DNA of 64,000 nt from Treponema sp. (GCF_024696245.1 NZ_JAILGZ010000084.1:2919-66918), one strand, 5' to 3'. Positions 29,095 through 37,413 are shown, numbered from the stretch's first letter. Numbers and translations: made by a program. Notes: generated by a model not told the origin, from the letters alone.

Positions 29095-30752
29095 TTCTTC
29101 TTTTTCATCCCTGCATTTATATAAAGCTCATCCTGATACCAGTCAAGGCGGAGACTGAAATATTCATCTTCGTACCCCTGGCAGACAGCCTTAAATTTAT
29201 AAACATTACTGGTTACAAAATGAGAAGGATTAACTGAATCCAGGTCTACATAGGAATTACCATAAAGTATAAGGAAGTTAACGGAAGAAGAAATATCCTT
29301 ACCGCTGTTCAAATCAAAGGCAGAAGTATGAAGCTGAATCTTACGCAGGGAGTTTCCCTTAGAAAAATCCAGGGAGACATTAAGGGCCTTATGACTTACC
29401 TTTATATTTTTCCAGCTTACATAAGGGCCTGTTGCAATCTTTACCCTGTAATTTCCAGGTTTAAGATAAACAGGTTTAGTCTGACAGTAAAGGGCACCCT
29501 TAGAAAGATTTTCATCTGCCACAAAAATTCTTCTGCTGTCCTTTACCTCCGGAATTTTATCATTATCATCTACAAAGAAAAATGCCCTGGACTGAAGGTC
29601 TGCATCAGCGCTGGCAGTAGAAGGAAGTTTTAAGCTTAAAGTAACTGGAGTATACCATTTGCTTAAAATTGTTTTATGAACATAACCTTCTGTCCATACA
29701 TAACGTCCGGCAGCAAAAAGAAAAACTACAATTACAAAAGCCGAAAGAATAAAAGTAAACCATTTTCTCTTTGGCTTAACTACTTCGTACTGAACAGGTT
29801 TTGAAGAAATTACTGACTGAGCCAGCTGAACCCTTAAGGCATGGGTATCATAACGCTGTAAAAAATGCTTTATCTTTTTTATAACTGAATCAATACTTCT
29901 GTATCTTCTTTCTGCCTTAGGCTGCATCATTTTTTTTATGAGGTGACAGACAAGAAAAGGGAGTTTTGGATCAAGCTTTTTAGGCGGAAGATACTCTCCC
30001 TTTTTTATTCTGGCAATAGTTTTGCGGTCCATTTCTCCAGGGTAAGGTTTTGTTCCTGTTACCATTTCATAAAGCATGACACCCATGGAATAAATATCTG
30101 CCCTCTGGTCAACTTTACTGGAATCAGCTATCTGTTCAGGACTCATGTAGGCTGGAGTCCCTAAAGTGGAACCTGATCTGGTTATATTTTCTGAAGTGCT
30201 TCTTGTGTGAGCAGTAGTTTTGTCAGAAGTTTTAGTTCCTGTCCTGTCACTTTTACTTTCAGGGATCTCACTTTCTTTTTCTGCAGCGGCAATACCAAAA
30301 TCTGCAAGCTTAACTTCACCATGACGGGAGATAAGGATATTACCAGGTTTTATATCCCTGTGAACAATTCCTTTTGAATGTGCATGCTTTAAGCCATAAC
30401 AGGCATCAAGAAAAATCAGCAGTGATAAAGCAGGAGGCAAAGATACCTGCCGTTCAATTACTTTATCAAGGGACATACCGTCTACATATTCAAGGACAAT
30501 ATAATCAGAGCGGCCTTCTGTAAAATAATCAAACATTCTTACAACATAAGGAGAAGATAAATCCAGAAGAATCTGAGCTTCTCTTTTAAATCTTTCCCTG
30601 ATGGAAGTTCCGCCGTTTTTTAATGTAAGTTTTTTTATGATTACAGTGCGCTTTAAAGAAGGATGCATGGCACGATAAACAGTACCCATTCCTCCTACTG
30701 CAACAACTGCAAGTATTTTATATTTTCCGATTACGCCAGGAACCACAGCCAT
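29091..30752 (-). CDS. Hanks-type Ser/Thr protein kinase, single TM, extracytoplasmic C-terminal beta-rich (PEGA-like) region
   Basis: GGMGTVYRA, VIIKKL, HRDIKPGNILI, DFGIA, GTPAYMSPEQ. A TM segment WFTFILSAFVIVVFLFAAG follows the kinase domain. Confidence 0.92.
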   Translation of the reverse strand: MAVVPGVIGKYKILAVVAVGGMGTVYRAMHPSLKRTVIIKKLTLKNGGTSIRERFKREAQILLDLSSPYVVRMFDYFTEGRSDYIVLEYVDGMSLDKVIERQVSLPPALSLLIFLDACYGLKHAHSKGIVHRDIKPGNILISRHGEVKLADFGIAAAEKESEIPESKSDRTGTKTSDKTTAHTRSTSENITRSGSTLGTPAYMSPEQIADSSKVDQRADIYSMGVMLYEMVTGTKPYPGEMDRKTIARIKKGEYLPPKKLDPKLPFLVCHLIKKMMQPKAERRYRSIDSVIKKIKHFLQRYDTHALRVQLAQSVISSKPVQYEVVKPKRKWFTFILSAFVIVVFLFAAGRYVWTEGYVHKTILSKWYTPVTLSLKLPSTASADADLQSRAFFFVDDNDKIPEVKDSRRIFVADENLSKGALYCQTKPVYLKPGNYRVKIATGPYVSWKNIKVSHKALNVSLDFSKGNSLRKIQLHTSAFDLNSGKDISSSVNFLILYGNSYVDLDSVNPSHFVTSNVYKFKAVCQGYEDEYFSLRLDWYQDELYINAGMKKKK

Positions 30753-30767
30753 TATTATCCCCTACTG

Positions 30768-31766
30768 TTAAATTACTGAAACTATATTTTTTTCAGGATC
30801 AAATTTTCCTGATTTATTGATTACTACAACATTCATCTTCTGAGGATTGTGAAACTGAACGTAACTTCCGTTCTGCCTCAAAAGATATTTTTCACTAACA
30901 GGCCTGTGACCACCAAACCATAAGGCTTTTTTTTCTGAAAGGCCGGTAAGCATGGAAAAAAGTTTTTTTACACTGCCCTCTGCAGCAACATCATTATCTG
31001 TCCAGGTAAAGGCATGAATTAAATCGCTGCCACCTTCTATAATTTCTTCCCGGGTAAAAAAAGATTCCGGCTCTGCATGAGAAACACAAAAGGTTTTAAA
31101 GGCAGAACAGACAGGAAGATGACTTTCAAAAAGACTTATAAGATAAAGTATGGCATCTCCATAAACCTGTCTTATAAAATCGCAGGTCATCTGTCCTTCA
31201 TTGGCATACTTATAAAAAGGCCTGTTTCCATTATCAAAAGAGTTAAGGATATTTTCGTGATTACCTTTTAAAAAGTGAAAATTCCGGGGAAAATCTCTTT
31301 TTAATTCCATTACAATCCGCATGGTAGAAATATTTTCCTTCATTTCTTCCTGCATGGAAGGTCCGGCATAAGCATTACTCTGCCAGTCCTCATAGGCCTG
31401 CTGCCACCTGAGCCTGCCCCTTTTTTCTGAGTGAATTCCATCTCCTACACAAAGTATAATCAACTTCTGCTCACAAAGTAATTCTCCAACAGAAAGCTTA
31501 AAGGCAGGAAGTTCTGCTTTAAGAAGCCTGAGTAAAAAATTATAGCGGCCATGAAGATCCGGAACAATTATTACCGGTAGGGAACTGAAAGTAAAATCCA
31601 GAAGATAGCCGCTTTTACCCTCTTTATTTAAAGGACGGTATTCAGGAGATTCAGTTTCCAGAACTGAAATAGTTTCATCAAGTTCCTGCATGAGCTGAGA
31701 ATCATCAGGCAGACTTGAGGAAGGCTTATAGGAATTCAGTTTTTTTAAAAGGGAAGAAAAATCCAT
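30768..31766 (-). CDS. calcineurin-like metallophosphoesterase (PPP-type Ser/Thr phosphatase candidate)
   Basis: Motif I VPDLHGR, motif II variant VGDGIHSE, motif III KGNHEN. Confidence 0.7.
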   Translation of the reverse strand: MDFSSLLKKLNSYKPSSSLPDDSQLMQELDETISVLETESPEYRPLNKEGKSGYLLDFTFSSLPVIIVPDLHGRYNFLLRLLKAELPAFKLSVGELLCEQKLIILCVGDGIHSEKRGRLRWQQAYEDWQSNAYAGPSMQEEMKENISTMRIVMELKRDFPRNFHFLKGNHENILNSFDNGNRPFYKYANEGQMTCDFIRQVYGDAILYLISLFESHLPVCSAFKTFCVSHAEPESFFTREEIIEGGSDLIHAFTWTDNDVAAEGSVKKLFSMLTGLSEKKALWFGGHRPVSEKYLLRQNGSYVQFHNPQKMNVVVINKSGKFDPEKNIVSVI

Positions 31767-31777
31767 GTAATAAAATA

Positions 31778-32122
31778 TCAGCCCATTATAAGATTAGAAG
31801 ATCCTATGGTAATTTTATCACCAGGATTAAGACGGACATACTTATCAGGAGGAATACGCCTTCCGTTAAGAAAAGTTCCGTTAGTAGAATTTTCATCCTT
31901 AAGAAAATATGCGTCACGTATTTTCTGAATCATGCAATGATGGCGGCTGGCAAGCTTATTGTCTACAACAATAGTATTGTCTGTTTCCCGTCCAATCATA
32001 ATCTTTGCAACAAGAGTAATTCTTTTCTTGTTGAAAACCAAATATGAAACCTGCTGACTTTCAGCAATGCGTTCAAGATGCTGTCCTAAAGGACTTGCAT
32101 TTACAACTGTAGTATCTGCCAT
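31778..32122 (-). CDS. FHA-domain protein
   Basis: IGRETDNTIVVDNKLASRHHCMI...STNGTFLNGRRI...GDKITIG. The ATG at 32122 (MADTTVV) is preferred over 32161. Confidence 0.88.
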   Translation of the reverse strand: MADTTVVNASPLGQHLERIAESQQVSYLVFNKKRITLVAKIMIGRETDNTIVVDNKLASRHHCMIQKIRDAYFLKDENSTNGTFLNGRRIPPDKYVRLNPGDKITIGSSNLIMG

Positions 32123-32214
32123 GCATTTATTATATCCCGAATAATAGAAAAACGCCAACATCTATGATATAATCCTGCAAAACCGCTCATACGGAAGATG
32201 ACAGGAGAAAACAA

Positions 32215-32928
32215 ATGGAAAAAAAAGACCTTGCAAAAACCCTTTCTCAGAATGAATATCCTGGAAGAGGAATTATCGCTGGAAAATCTGAAGACGGAAA
32301 ATATGCCGTTGCAGCCTACTGGATTATGGGAAGAAGCGTAAACAGCAGAAACAGAGTTTTTGTAGAAGATGGAGAAGGAATTAAAACACAGGCTTTTGAT
32401 CCTTCAAAACTTACAGATCCAAGCCTTATTATCTACTCACCTGTAAGGGTACTGCCAGGCATTACTGTAGTAACTAATGGTGATCAGACAGATACAGCAT
32501 GGGAAGGACTTAAAAAGGGACTTACATTTGAACAGTCTCTCCGTTCAAGAAAATTTGAGCCGGATTCACCAAACTTTACACCACGTATTTCTGCAGCCCT
32601 TCATGTAGAAAACTCAAACTATGATATCACCCTTTCAATTCTTAAAAGTGACGATGGTGATGAAAATGGTACAAACAGATATACCTTTGCCTATGAAAAC
32701 CCTGCAGCAGGAACAGGCCGCTACATCCACACATATATGGGAAACGGCAACCCTCTTCCAAGCTTTGAAGGTGAACCAGAAAAAGTTGAACTTAAGGGAA
32801 ACATCGATGAACTTACAGACAGAATCTGGAATAACCTTAATGAAGACAACAAGGTTTCTCTTTTTGTACGCTTTATTGATATTGCTAGCGGAAAAGCAGA
32901 AAGCCGCATTGTAAACAAAAACAAATAA
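32215..32928 (+). CDS. purO: IMP cyclohydrolase, archaeal PurO-like family
   Basis: N-terminal YPGRGIIAGKSEDGKYAVAAYWIMGRSVNSRNRVF resembles the PurO Y.GR...G....G....Y....RS..NR pattern. 237 aa. Confidence 0.65.
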   Translation: MEKKDLAKTLSQNEYPGRGIIAGKSEDGKYAVAAYWIMGRSVNSRNRVFVEDGEGIKTQAFDPSKLTDPSLIIYSPVRVLPGITVVTNGDQTDTAWEGLKKGLTFEQSLRSRKFEPDSPNFTPRISAALHVENSNYDITLSILKSDDGDENGTNRYTFAYENPAAGTGRYIHTYMGNGNPLPSFEGEPEKVELKGNIDELTDRIWNNLNEDNKVSLFVRFIDIASGKAESRIVNKNK

Positions 32929-32950
32929 TAAAATAATAAAAGAATAAAAG

Positions 32951-33020
32951 AAAGGCACCTTTTTACAGCAAACCAGGGATACACTTTATCCAGGCCTTAA
33001 AAGGTGCCTTTTTGTATTTT
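32951..33020. terminator. long-loop hairpin, probable bidirectional terminator (purO / yerC-like gene)
   Basis: 13-bp stem aaaggcacctttt/aaaaggtgccttt with a 35-nt loop. T-rich on both outer flanks. Confidence 0.45.
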
Positions 33021-33054
33021 AAATTAAATCAAAAAAATCACTGACAGAATAAAT

Positions 33055-33360
33055 CTATTCTTTAGAAGGGTTTTTGTTTTTATAGATGGCAAGAATCTTC
33101 ATAAAAGCAGAATCCTCTTTTTTCATTTCCCTTGAGCCCCTGGTAATATTACAAAGAGACATACCGAATTTTCTGGCAATTTCTCTTTGAGTTGTTCCTG
33201 CATCAAGTTCCTTAACAAGATTCCAGCGGTTGGAAAAATCCTTCAGTTCAGCCTTTGTAAAGAGGCATCCGAAAAAATCAAATATAAGGTTTTCATCCTG
33301 AATATCTGCCAGGAGTGAACATATTTCCTTAATGGTATCATTAACTGTTTCTTTAGCCAT
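33055..33360 (-). CDS. TrpR-like YerC/YecD-family protein
   Basis: ...AELKDFSNRWNLVKELDAGTTQREIARKFGMSLCNITRGSREMK. The second ATG (33360) sits 10 nt from SD GAGGTG. The first (33369) is only 1 nt away. Confidence 0.8.
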   Translation of the reverse strand: MAKETVNDTIKEICSLLADIQDENLIFDFFGCLFTKAELKDFSNRWNLVKELDAGTTQREIARKFGMSLCNITRGSREMKKEDSAFMKILAIYKNKNPSKE

Positions 33361-33443
33361 TTTAAACATTCACCTCAAATTTTTTCAAAAGAAAAAGACC
33401 GCCCCTTTATAAAAGAAACGGCCTCTAATATTCAGCTGCAAAA

Positions 33444-35018
33444 TCAGAATTCTGCAAGAGTCCTGTTAATTCTTTCGATTGACTTGTCTACTCCAAGAAT
33501 AAGGATTGAACCCATTAAAGGAGGAGAAACACGGCTTCCTGTAACTGCCATACGGATAGGCATCATAAAGTCACCGAGTTTAATTCCAAGCTTTTCTGCA
33601 TAAGACTTAGCAAGAGCTTCACTGGCTTCGTGATCAAGGGAAGGAAGCTGCTTTACAAATTCAATTGCATTCTGAAGAACTTCCTTTGTTTTTGCTTCAT
33701 CAATCTTTTTAGGAATAATGTCAGCCTTTGGTGGAACAGCAGGCTCTGTAAAGAGGAAGTGTACCATTTCCGCAGCATCAGTAAGGAAGTGAAGACGTTC
33801 CTTAATAAGAGGCATAAGCTTCATAAGGGCAGCCTTTACATCTGCAGAAGACATATTCATTGAAGCATCTACACAAACAGGTTCACCATCAGGACCAAGG
33901 GCTACACCAGAATATTCAGGTCCAACCTTTGGCTTAGGCTGAGGATTTTCAGGATTAATTTCAAGGCAGGCATCACCTGTTTTAGTTATAAAAGGAAGGG
34001 TCCACTTATAAAGTTCCTCATCAGTTAAGGCACGGATATACTGACCGTTGTACCATTCCAGTTTTTTATAATCAAATACAGCAGGAGCCTTGTTAAGATG
34101 TTCAAGCTTGAATTTCTTTCCAAGTTCTTCCAGTGTATACATATCTACACCGTCATCATAAGAGCAGCCTAAAAGAGCTACATAGTTTACGATAGCCTGT
34201 GGCAGATATCCCCTTGCACGGAATTCATTAAGGGATGTGGAACCATGGCGCTTTGAAAGCTTTTTACCATCAGATCCGTTTACCATAGGAAGATGACAGA
34301 ATTCAGGATGTTCCCAGCCAAATGAACGATACATCTGAACGTGAAGAGGTGTAGATGGAATCCATTCCTGAGCACGCATTACATGAGAAATCTTCATCAT
34401 GTGGTCATCAACAATATTTGCAAGATGATATGTAGGGAAACCATCTGACTTAAGCAAAACAGGATCAGGGGAAATATCTTCATTTTTCCATACAATGTCA
34501 CCAAGAAGATGGTCTGTAAACTTTGTTTCTCCTTCAAGAGGTACCTTAAGACGGATTACATAAGGCTTGCCTGCATCAAGATTTGCCTTTATTTCTTCCG
34601 GAGTAAGATGACGGCAGTTACGGTCGTATCCAGGTGGAAGTTTGTTTTCTGTCTGTATTTTACGGATTCTTTCAAGACGCTCTGAGTCACAGAAACAGTA
34701 GTAAGCTTCTCCCTTTTCTACCAGTTTCTGGGCATATTCCTTGTAAAGTTCAAAACGTTCACTCTGAACATAAGGACCATATTCACCACCCTTGGAACCA
34801 CCTTCATCCCAGTCAATTCCAAGCCATGCCATTGTGTCATACAGGTTCTGTACGTATTTTTCGTCATAGCGGGTACGGTCTGTATCTTCAAGACGGAGAA
34901 TGAATTTACCGCCCTGAGAACGTGCATAAAGATAATTAAAAAGTGCAGTTCTTACACCACCAATATGCTGAAGTCCGGTTGGAGACGGAGCATAACGAAC
35001 CCTTACTTCTTTGTCCAT
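33444..35018 (-). CDS. gltX: glutamate--tRNA ligase
   Basis: RYAPSPTGLQHIGGVRTALFNY, RLEDTD, KLSKRHG. Confidence 0.96.
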   Translation of the reverse strand: MDKEVRVRYAPSPTGLQHIGGVRTALFNYLYARSQGGKFILRLEDTDRTRYDEKYVQNLYDTMAWLGIDWDEGGSKGGEYGPYVQSERFELYKEYAQKLVEKGEAYYCFCDSERLERIRKIQTENKLPPGYDRNCRHLTPEEIKANLDAGKPYVIRLKVPLEGETKFTDHLLGDIVWKNEDISPDPVLLKSDGFPTYHLANIVDDHMMKISHVMRAQEWIPSTPLHVQMYRSFGWEHPEFCHLPMVNGSDGKKLSKRHGSTSLNEFRARGYLPQAIVNYVALLGCSYDDGVDMYTLEELGKKFKLEHLNKAPAVFDYKKLEWYNGQYIRALTDEELYKWTLPFITKTGDACLEINPENPQPKPKVGPEYSGVALGPDGEPVCVDASMNMSSADVKAALMKLMPLIKERLHFLTDAAEMVHFLFTEPAVPPKADIIPKKIDEAKTKEVLQNAIEFVKQLPSLDHEASEALAKSYAEKLGIKLGDFMMPIRMAVTGSRVSPPLMGSILILGVDKSIERINRTLAEF

Positions 35019-35118
35019 ATAAACCTCATATATATAAATATTCTTGAATTCTTGCTGCGATTATAACTGCTTTTATAATTCTGAACAAGCACAGCCCCCT
35101 GACAAGCCGGAAGGGCAT

Positions 35119-35148
35119 AAAAAAAGCACCGGAATTGCTTCCGATGCT
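35119..35148 (-). terminator. terminator after tRNA-Lys
   Basis: Minus strand agcatcggaa/gcaa/ttccggtgct (one G.U) followed by TTTTTTT. Confidence 0.7.
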
Positions 35149-35152
35149 TTAC

Positions 35153-35225
35153 TGAGCTATTGCAGACTCGAACTGCAGACAGCCGCCTTAAAAGGGCGGT
35201 GCTCTACCACCTGAGCTAATAGCCC
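35153..35225 (-). tRNA. tRNA-Lys (anticodon UUU)
   Basis: Manual cloverleaf: GGGCTAT TA GCTC AGGTGGTA GAGC A CCGCC CTTTTAA GGCGG CTGTC TGCAG TTCGAGT CTGCA ATAGCTC A. Confidence 0.92.
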
Positions 35226-35248
35226 ATCCGTTCGTTGAACGTGAGAAT

Positions 35249-35277
35249 AATATATACTTTATATAAAAAAGCGTCAA
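35249..35277 (-). promoter_or_regulatory. sigma70-type promoter for tRNA-Lys
   Basis: Minus strand TTGACG-17 nt-TATATT, with the -10 element ending ~23 nt before the mature 5' end. Same architecture as the tRNA-Gln promoter. Confidence 0.5.
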
Positions 35278-35330
35278 GTGCATTTTTAATAAATTCACAT
35301 AAATTTTTATATTTTTTTTTACACTGTACA

Positions 35331-35370
35331 TAAAAAAAACCTCCGCATGTTCAACGAACCCTGCGGAGGT
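35331..35370 (-). terminator. rho-independent terminator of leuA
   Basis: Minus strand acctccgca/14-nt loop/tgcggaggt followed by T8, ~155 nt downstream of the leuA stop. Confidence 0.8.
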
Positions 35371-35524
35371 CAAAAGGAGAGGAGGATGCAGAAAAAAAGG
35401 AGATTTTTAATCGTCCTCAAAACTGCTTGTATATTGCCCTTGCAATATTCATAAAAACAAACACTGCCATGGGGGCAAAGTTACAATTAAAAGCTCCATT
35501 CCCTGATAAAATTCTGTTATATAA

Positions 35525-37207
35525 TTACTTTATCTGATTAAGGGCGCTCACTACAGCATCAATACCTGCCCTACCTACACTTGTAGATTTTCCTGCACCC
35601 CAGTACTGCTGGCCGTCTTCGCAGGTAATCTGAACATAAGCTACGGCACTGGTATCATTACCTGTACCAACACTGTGCTCATGGAAGGCTGTAATACTGA
35701 ATGCAGGAGCCGGTGTGGCCTTAAGGGCTGCAGAGAAGGCATCAAGAGGTCCGTTACCCTTTTCTCCAATAGTAAACTTTTCTCCCTTCCAGGTTACTAC
35801 ACCACGGCACATGGTTGTTTCTCCGGAAGTTCCGTTTCCTTCAAGATGAGTTTCTGAAAGGTCAAGAATAGAAAGGCTTCCCTTTGCTTCAAGCCACTGT
35901 TTTACAAAGAGGTTATAAATCTCTTCTGTCTGAAGTTCACGCTGAGCCTTATCTGCTGCAGTCTTAATGATTTCTCCAAGAGCCGGATGCATTGCTTTAG
36001 GCAGAATAAGTCCGTATTTTTCTTCAAGAATATAAGCTGCACCACCCTTACCGCTCTGACTGTTAATTCGGATAATTCCTTCATACTGACGACCGATATC
36101 ATGGGGATCAATAAGAAGATAAGGAACATCCCAGAGGGCATTTTTATCCATCTTAGTACGGGCAGCCATTCCCTTTCTGATGGCATCCTGGTGAGAACCA
36201 CTAAAGGCAGTAAATACCAGTTCACCTGCCCATGGACTTCTTGGATTGATTTCCATACCGGTAAAGCGGTTGTAAAGTTCTGCAATTTCAGGAAGATTTG
36301 TAAAATCAAGTTCAGGGTCAACACCTTCTGAGAACATGTTAAGGGCTACATTTACAATATCAAGATTACCAGTGCGTTCACCATTACCAAAAAGACAGCC
36401 TTCTGTTCTGTCAGCCCCTGCAAGAAGGGCAAGTTCAGCAGAAGCAACACCTGTTCCACGGTCATTGTGGCAGTGGGTAGAAATAATTACATGTTCCCTG
36501 TCAGAAATATGCTTTGCAAAATATTCAATACGGTCTGCATAAACATTTGGAGTATAGCATTCAACTGTTGTAGGAAGGTTCATGATGATTTTTTCACCAG
36601 GAAGAAGGCCCCATTCTGCCTTTACGGCTTCACAAACTTCAATTGCATAGTCAATTTCTGTCATGGAAAAACTTTCCGGAGAATATTCAATACGAATCTT
36701 TTTTCTGTCTTCTTCTGTAAGGCTGTTTTTAATGCAGCGGACACCTTCAATAGCAATCTGCTTTATTTCTTCCTTTGACTTACCAAAGGTATATTTACGC
36801 TGGGCAGGAGAAGTAGAATTGTATATATGGAAAATTGCCTGCTTACAGCCTTTAAGGGCTTCAAGAGTCTTTTTTACAAGCTTTTCGCGGGCCTGACAAA
36901 GAACCTGAATGGTAACATCATCAGGAATGTGATTTTCTTCTATAAGGCGGCGGCAAAAATCGTATTCTGTGTCACTGGCTGCAGGAAAACCAACTTCTAT
37001 TTCTTTAAAACCAATTTTTACAAGAAGATCAAAGAAGGCAAGCTTTGTGTCAATTCCCATAGGATTAACAAGAGCCTGATTACCGTCCCTTAAATCAACG
37101 GAACACCATAAAGGAGCCTTTGTAATTCTTTTTGAAGGCCAGGTCCTTTCCTTAAAATCCAGGTCCACAAAAGAACCGTACTTTCCATTTGGATTCATTC
37201 TGCTCAT
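35525..37207 (-). CDS. leuA: 2-isopropylmalate synthase (long, actinobacterial-like LeuA type)
   Basis: ...KAPLWCSVDLRDGNQAL..., HCHNDRGTGVA, and a C-terminal regulatory domain. The ATG at 37207 (MSRMNPNG) has SD GGGGAG. The track ORF starts at an upstream TTG inside the terminator. Confidence 0.93.
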   Translation of the reverse strand: MSRMNPNGKYGSFVDLDFKERTWPSKRITKAPLWCSVDLRDGNQALVNPMGIDTKLAFFDLLVKIGFKEIEVGFPAASDTEYDFCRRLIEENHIPDDVTIQVLCQAREKLVKKTLEALKGCKQAIFHIYNSTSPAQRKYTFGKSKEEIKQIAIEGVRCIKNSLTEEDRKKIRIEYSPESFSMTEIDYAIEVCEAVKAEWGLLPGEKIIMNLPTTVECYTPNVYADRIEYFAKHISDREHVIISTHCHNDRGTGVASAELALLAGADRTEGCLFGNGERTGNLDIVNVALNMFSEGVDPELDFTNLPEIAELYNRFTGMEINPRSPWAGELVFTAFSGSHQDAIRKGMAARTKMDKNALWDVPYLLIDPHDIGRQYEGIIRINSQSGKGGAAYILEEKYGLILPKAMHPALGEIIKTAADKAQRELQTEEIYNLFVKQWLEAKGSLSILDLSETHLEGNGTSGETTMCRGVVTWKGEKFTIGEKGNGPLDAFSAALKATPAPAFSITAFHEHSVGTGNDTSAVAYVQITCEDGQQYWGAGKSTSVGRAGIDAVVSALNQIK

Positions 37208-37238
37208 ATTTTTACTCCCCCATTTAATTAAATACAGT

Positions 37239-37279
37239 AAAAAAATAAAAAAGACCTGCTGCCTAAGCAACAGGTCCTT
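37239..37279 (-). terminator. attenuator terminator in the leuA leader
   Basis: Minus strand AAGGACCUGUUGC/uuag/GCAGCAGGUCUUU (13 bp, 2 G.U) followed by UUUAUUUUUUU. It ends 31 nt before the leuA ATG. Confidence 0.75.
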
Positions 37280-37312
37280 GTATACAAAATCAAGAAATGA
37301 TATTGAACAATC

Positions 37313-37378
37313 CTAGTACCTAGTGCCCGGGCAAGCGTTACGAGAATCTAGGTTTAGTAGAAGGTTCAATTTAATCAT
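37313..37378 (-). CDS. putative leucine-rich leader peptide of the leuA attenuator (MIKLNLLLNLDSRNACPGTRY)
   Basis: 21 codons plus UAG. There are 5 Leu codons in the first 10 (UUG, CUU, CUA, CUA, CUA). Its position and pairing potential relative to the downstream terminator fit classical attenuation. Confidence 0.5.
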   Translation of the reverse strand: MIKLNLLLNLDSRNACPGTRY

Positions 37379-37384
37379 GTTTAT

Positions 37385-37413
37385 TTTATATCCCTTATAA
37401 GTTTTTTATTCAA
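37385..37413 (-). promoter_or_regulatory. possible promoter for the leuA leader
   Basis: Minus strand TTGAAT-17 nt-TATAAA, with the -10 element ending 6 nt before the leader AUG (a leaderless start is possible). Alternatively the leader is read through from asd, using AAGGGA as SD. Confidence 0.3.

Noticed and set aside
35229-35241. GTTC/GAAC palindrome as a LexA (Cheo-box) site
   Set aside because: The Cheo box is GAAC-N4-GTTC. Here the half-sites are in the opposite order with N3 spacing.
35188-35373. 61-aa ORF
   Set aside because: It covers tRNA-Lys, its promoter and the leuA terminator, so it is not coding.
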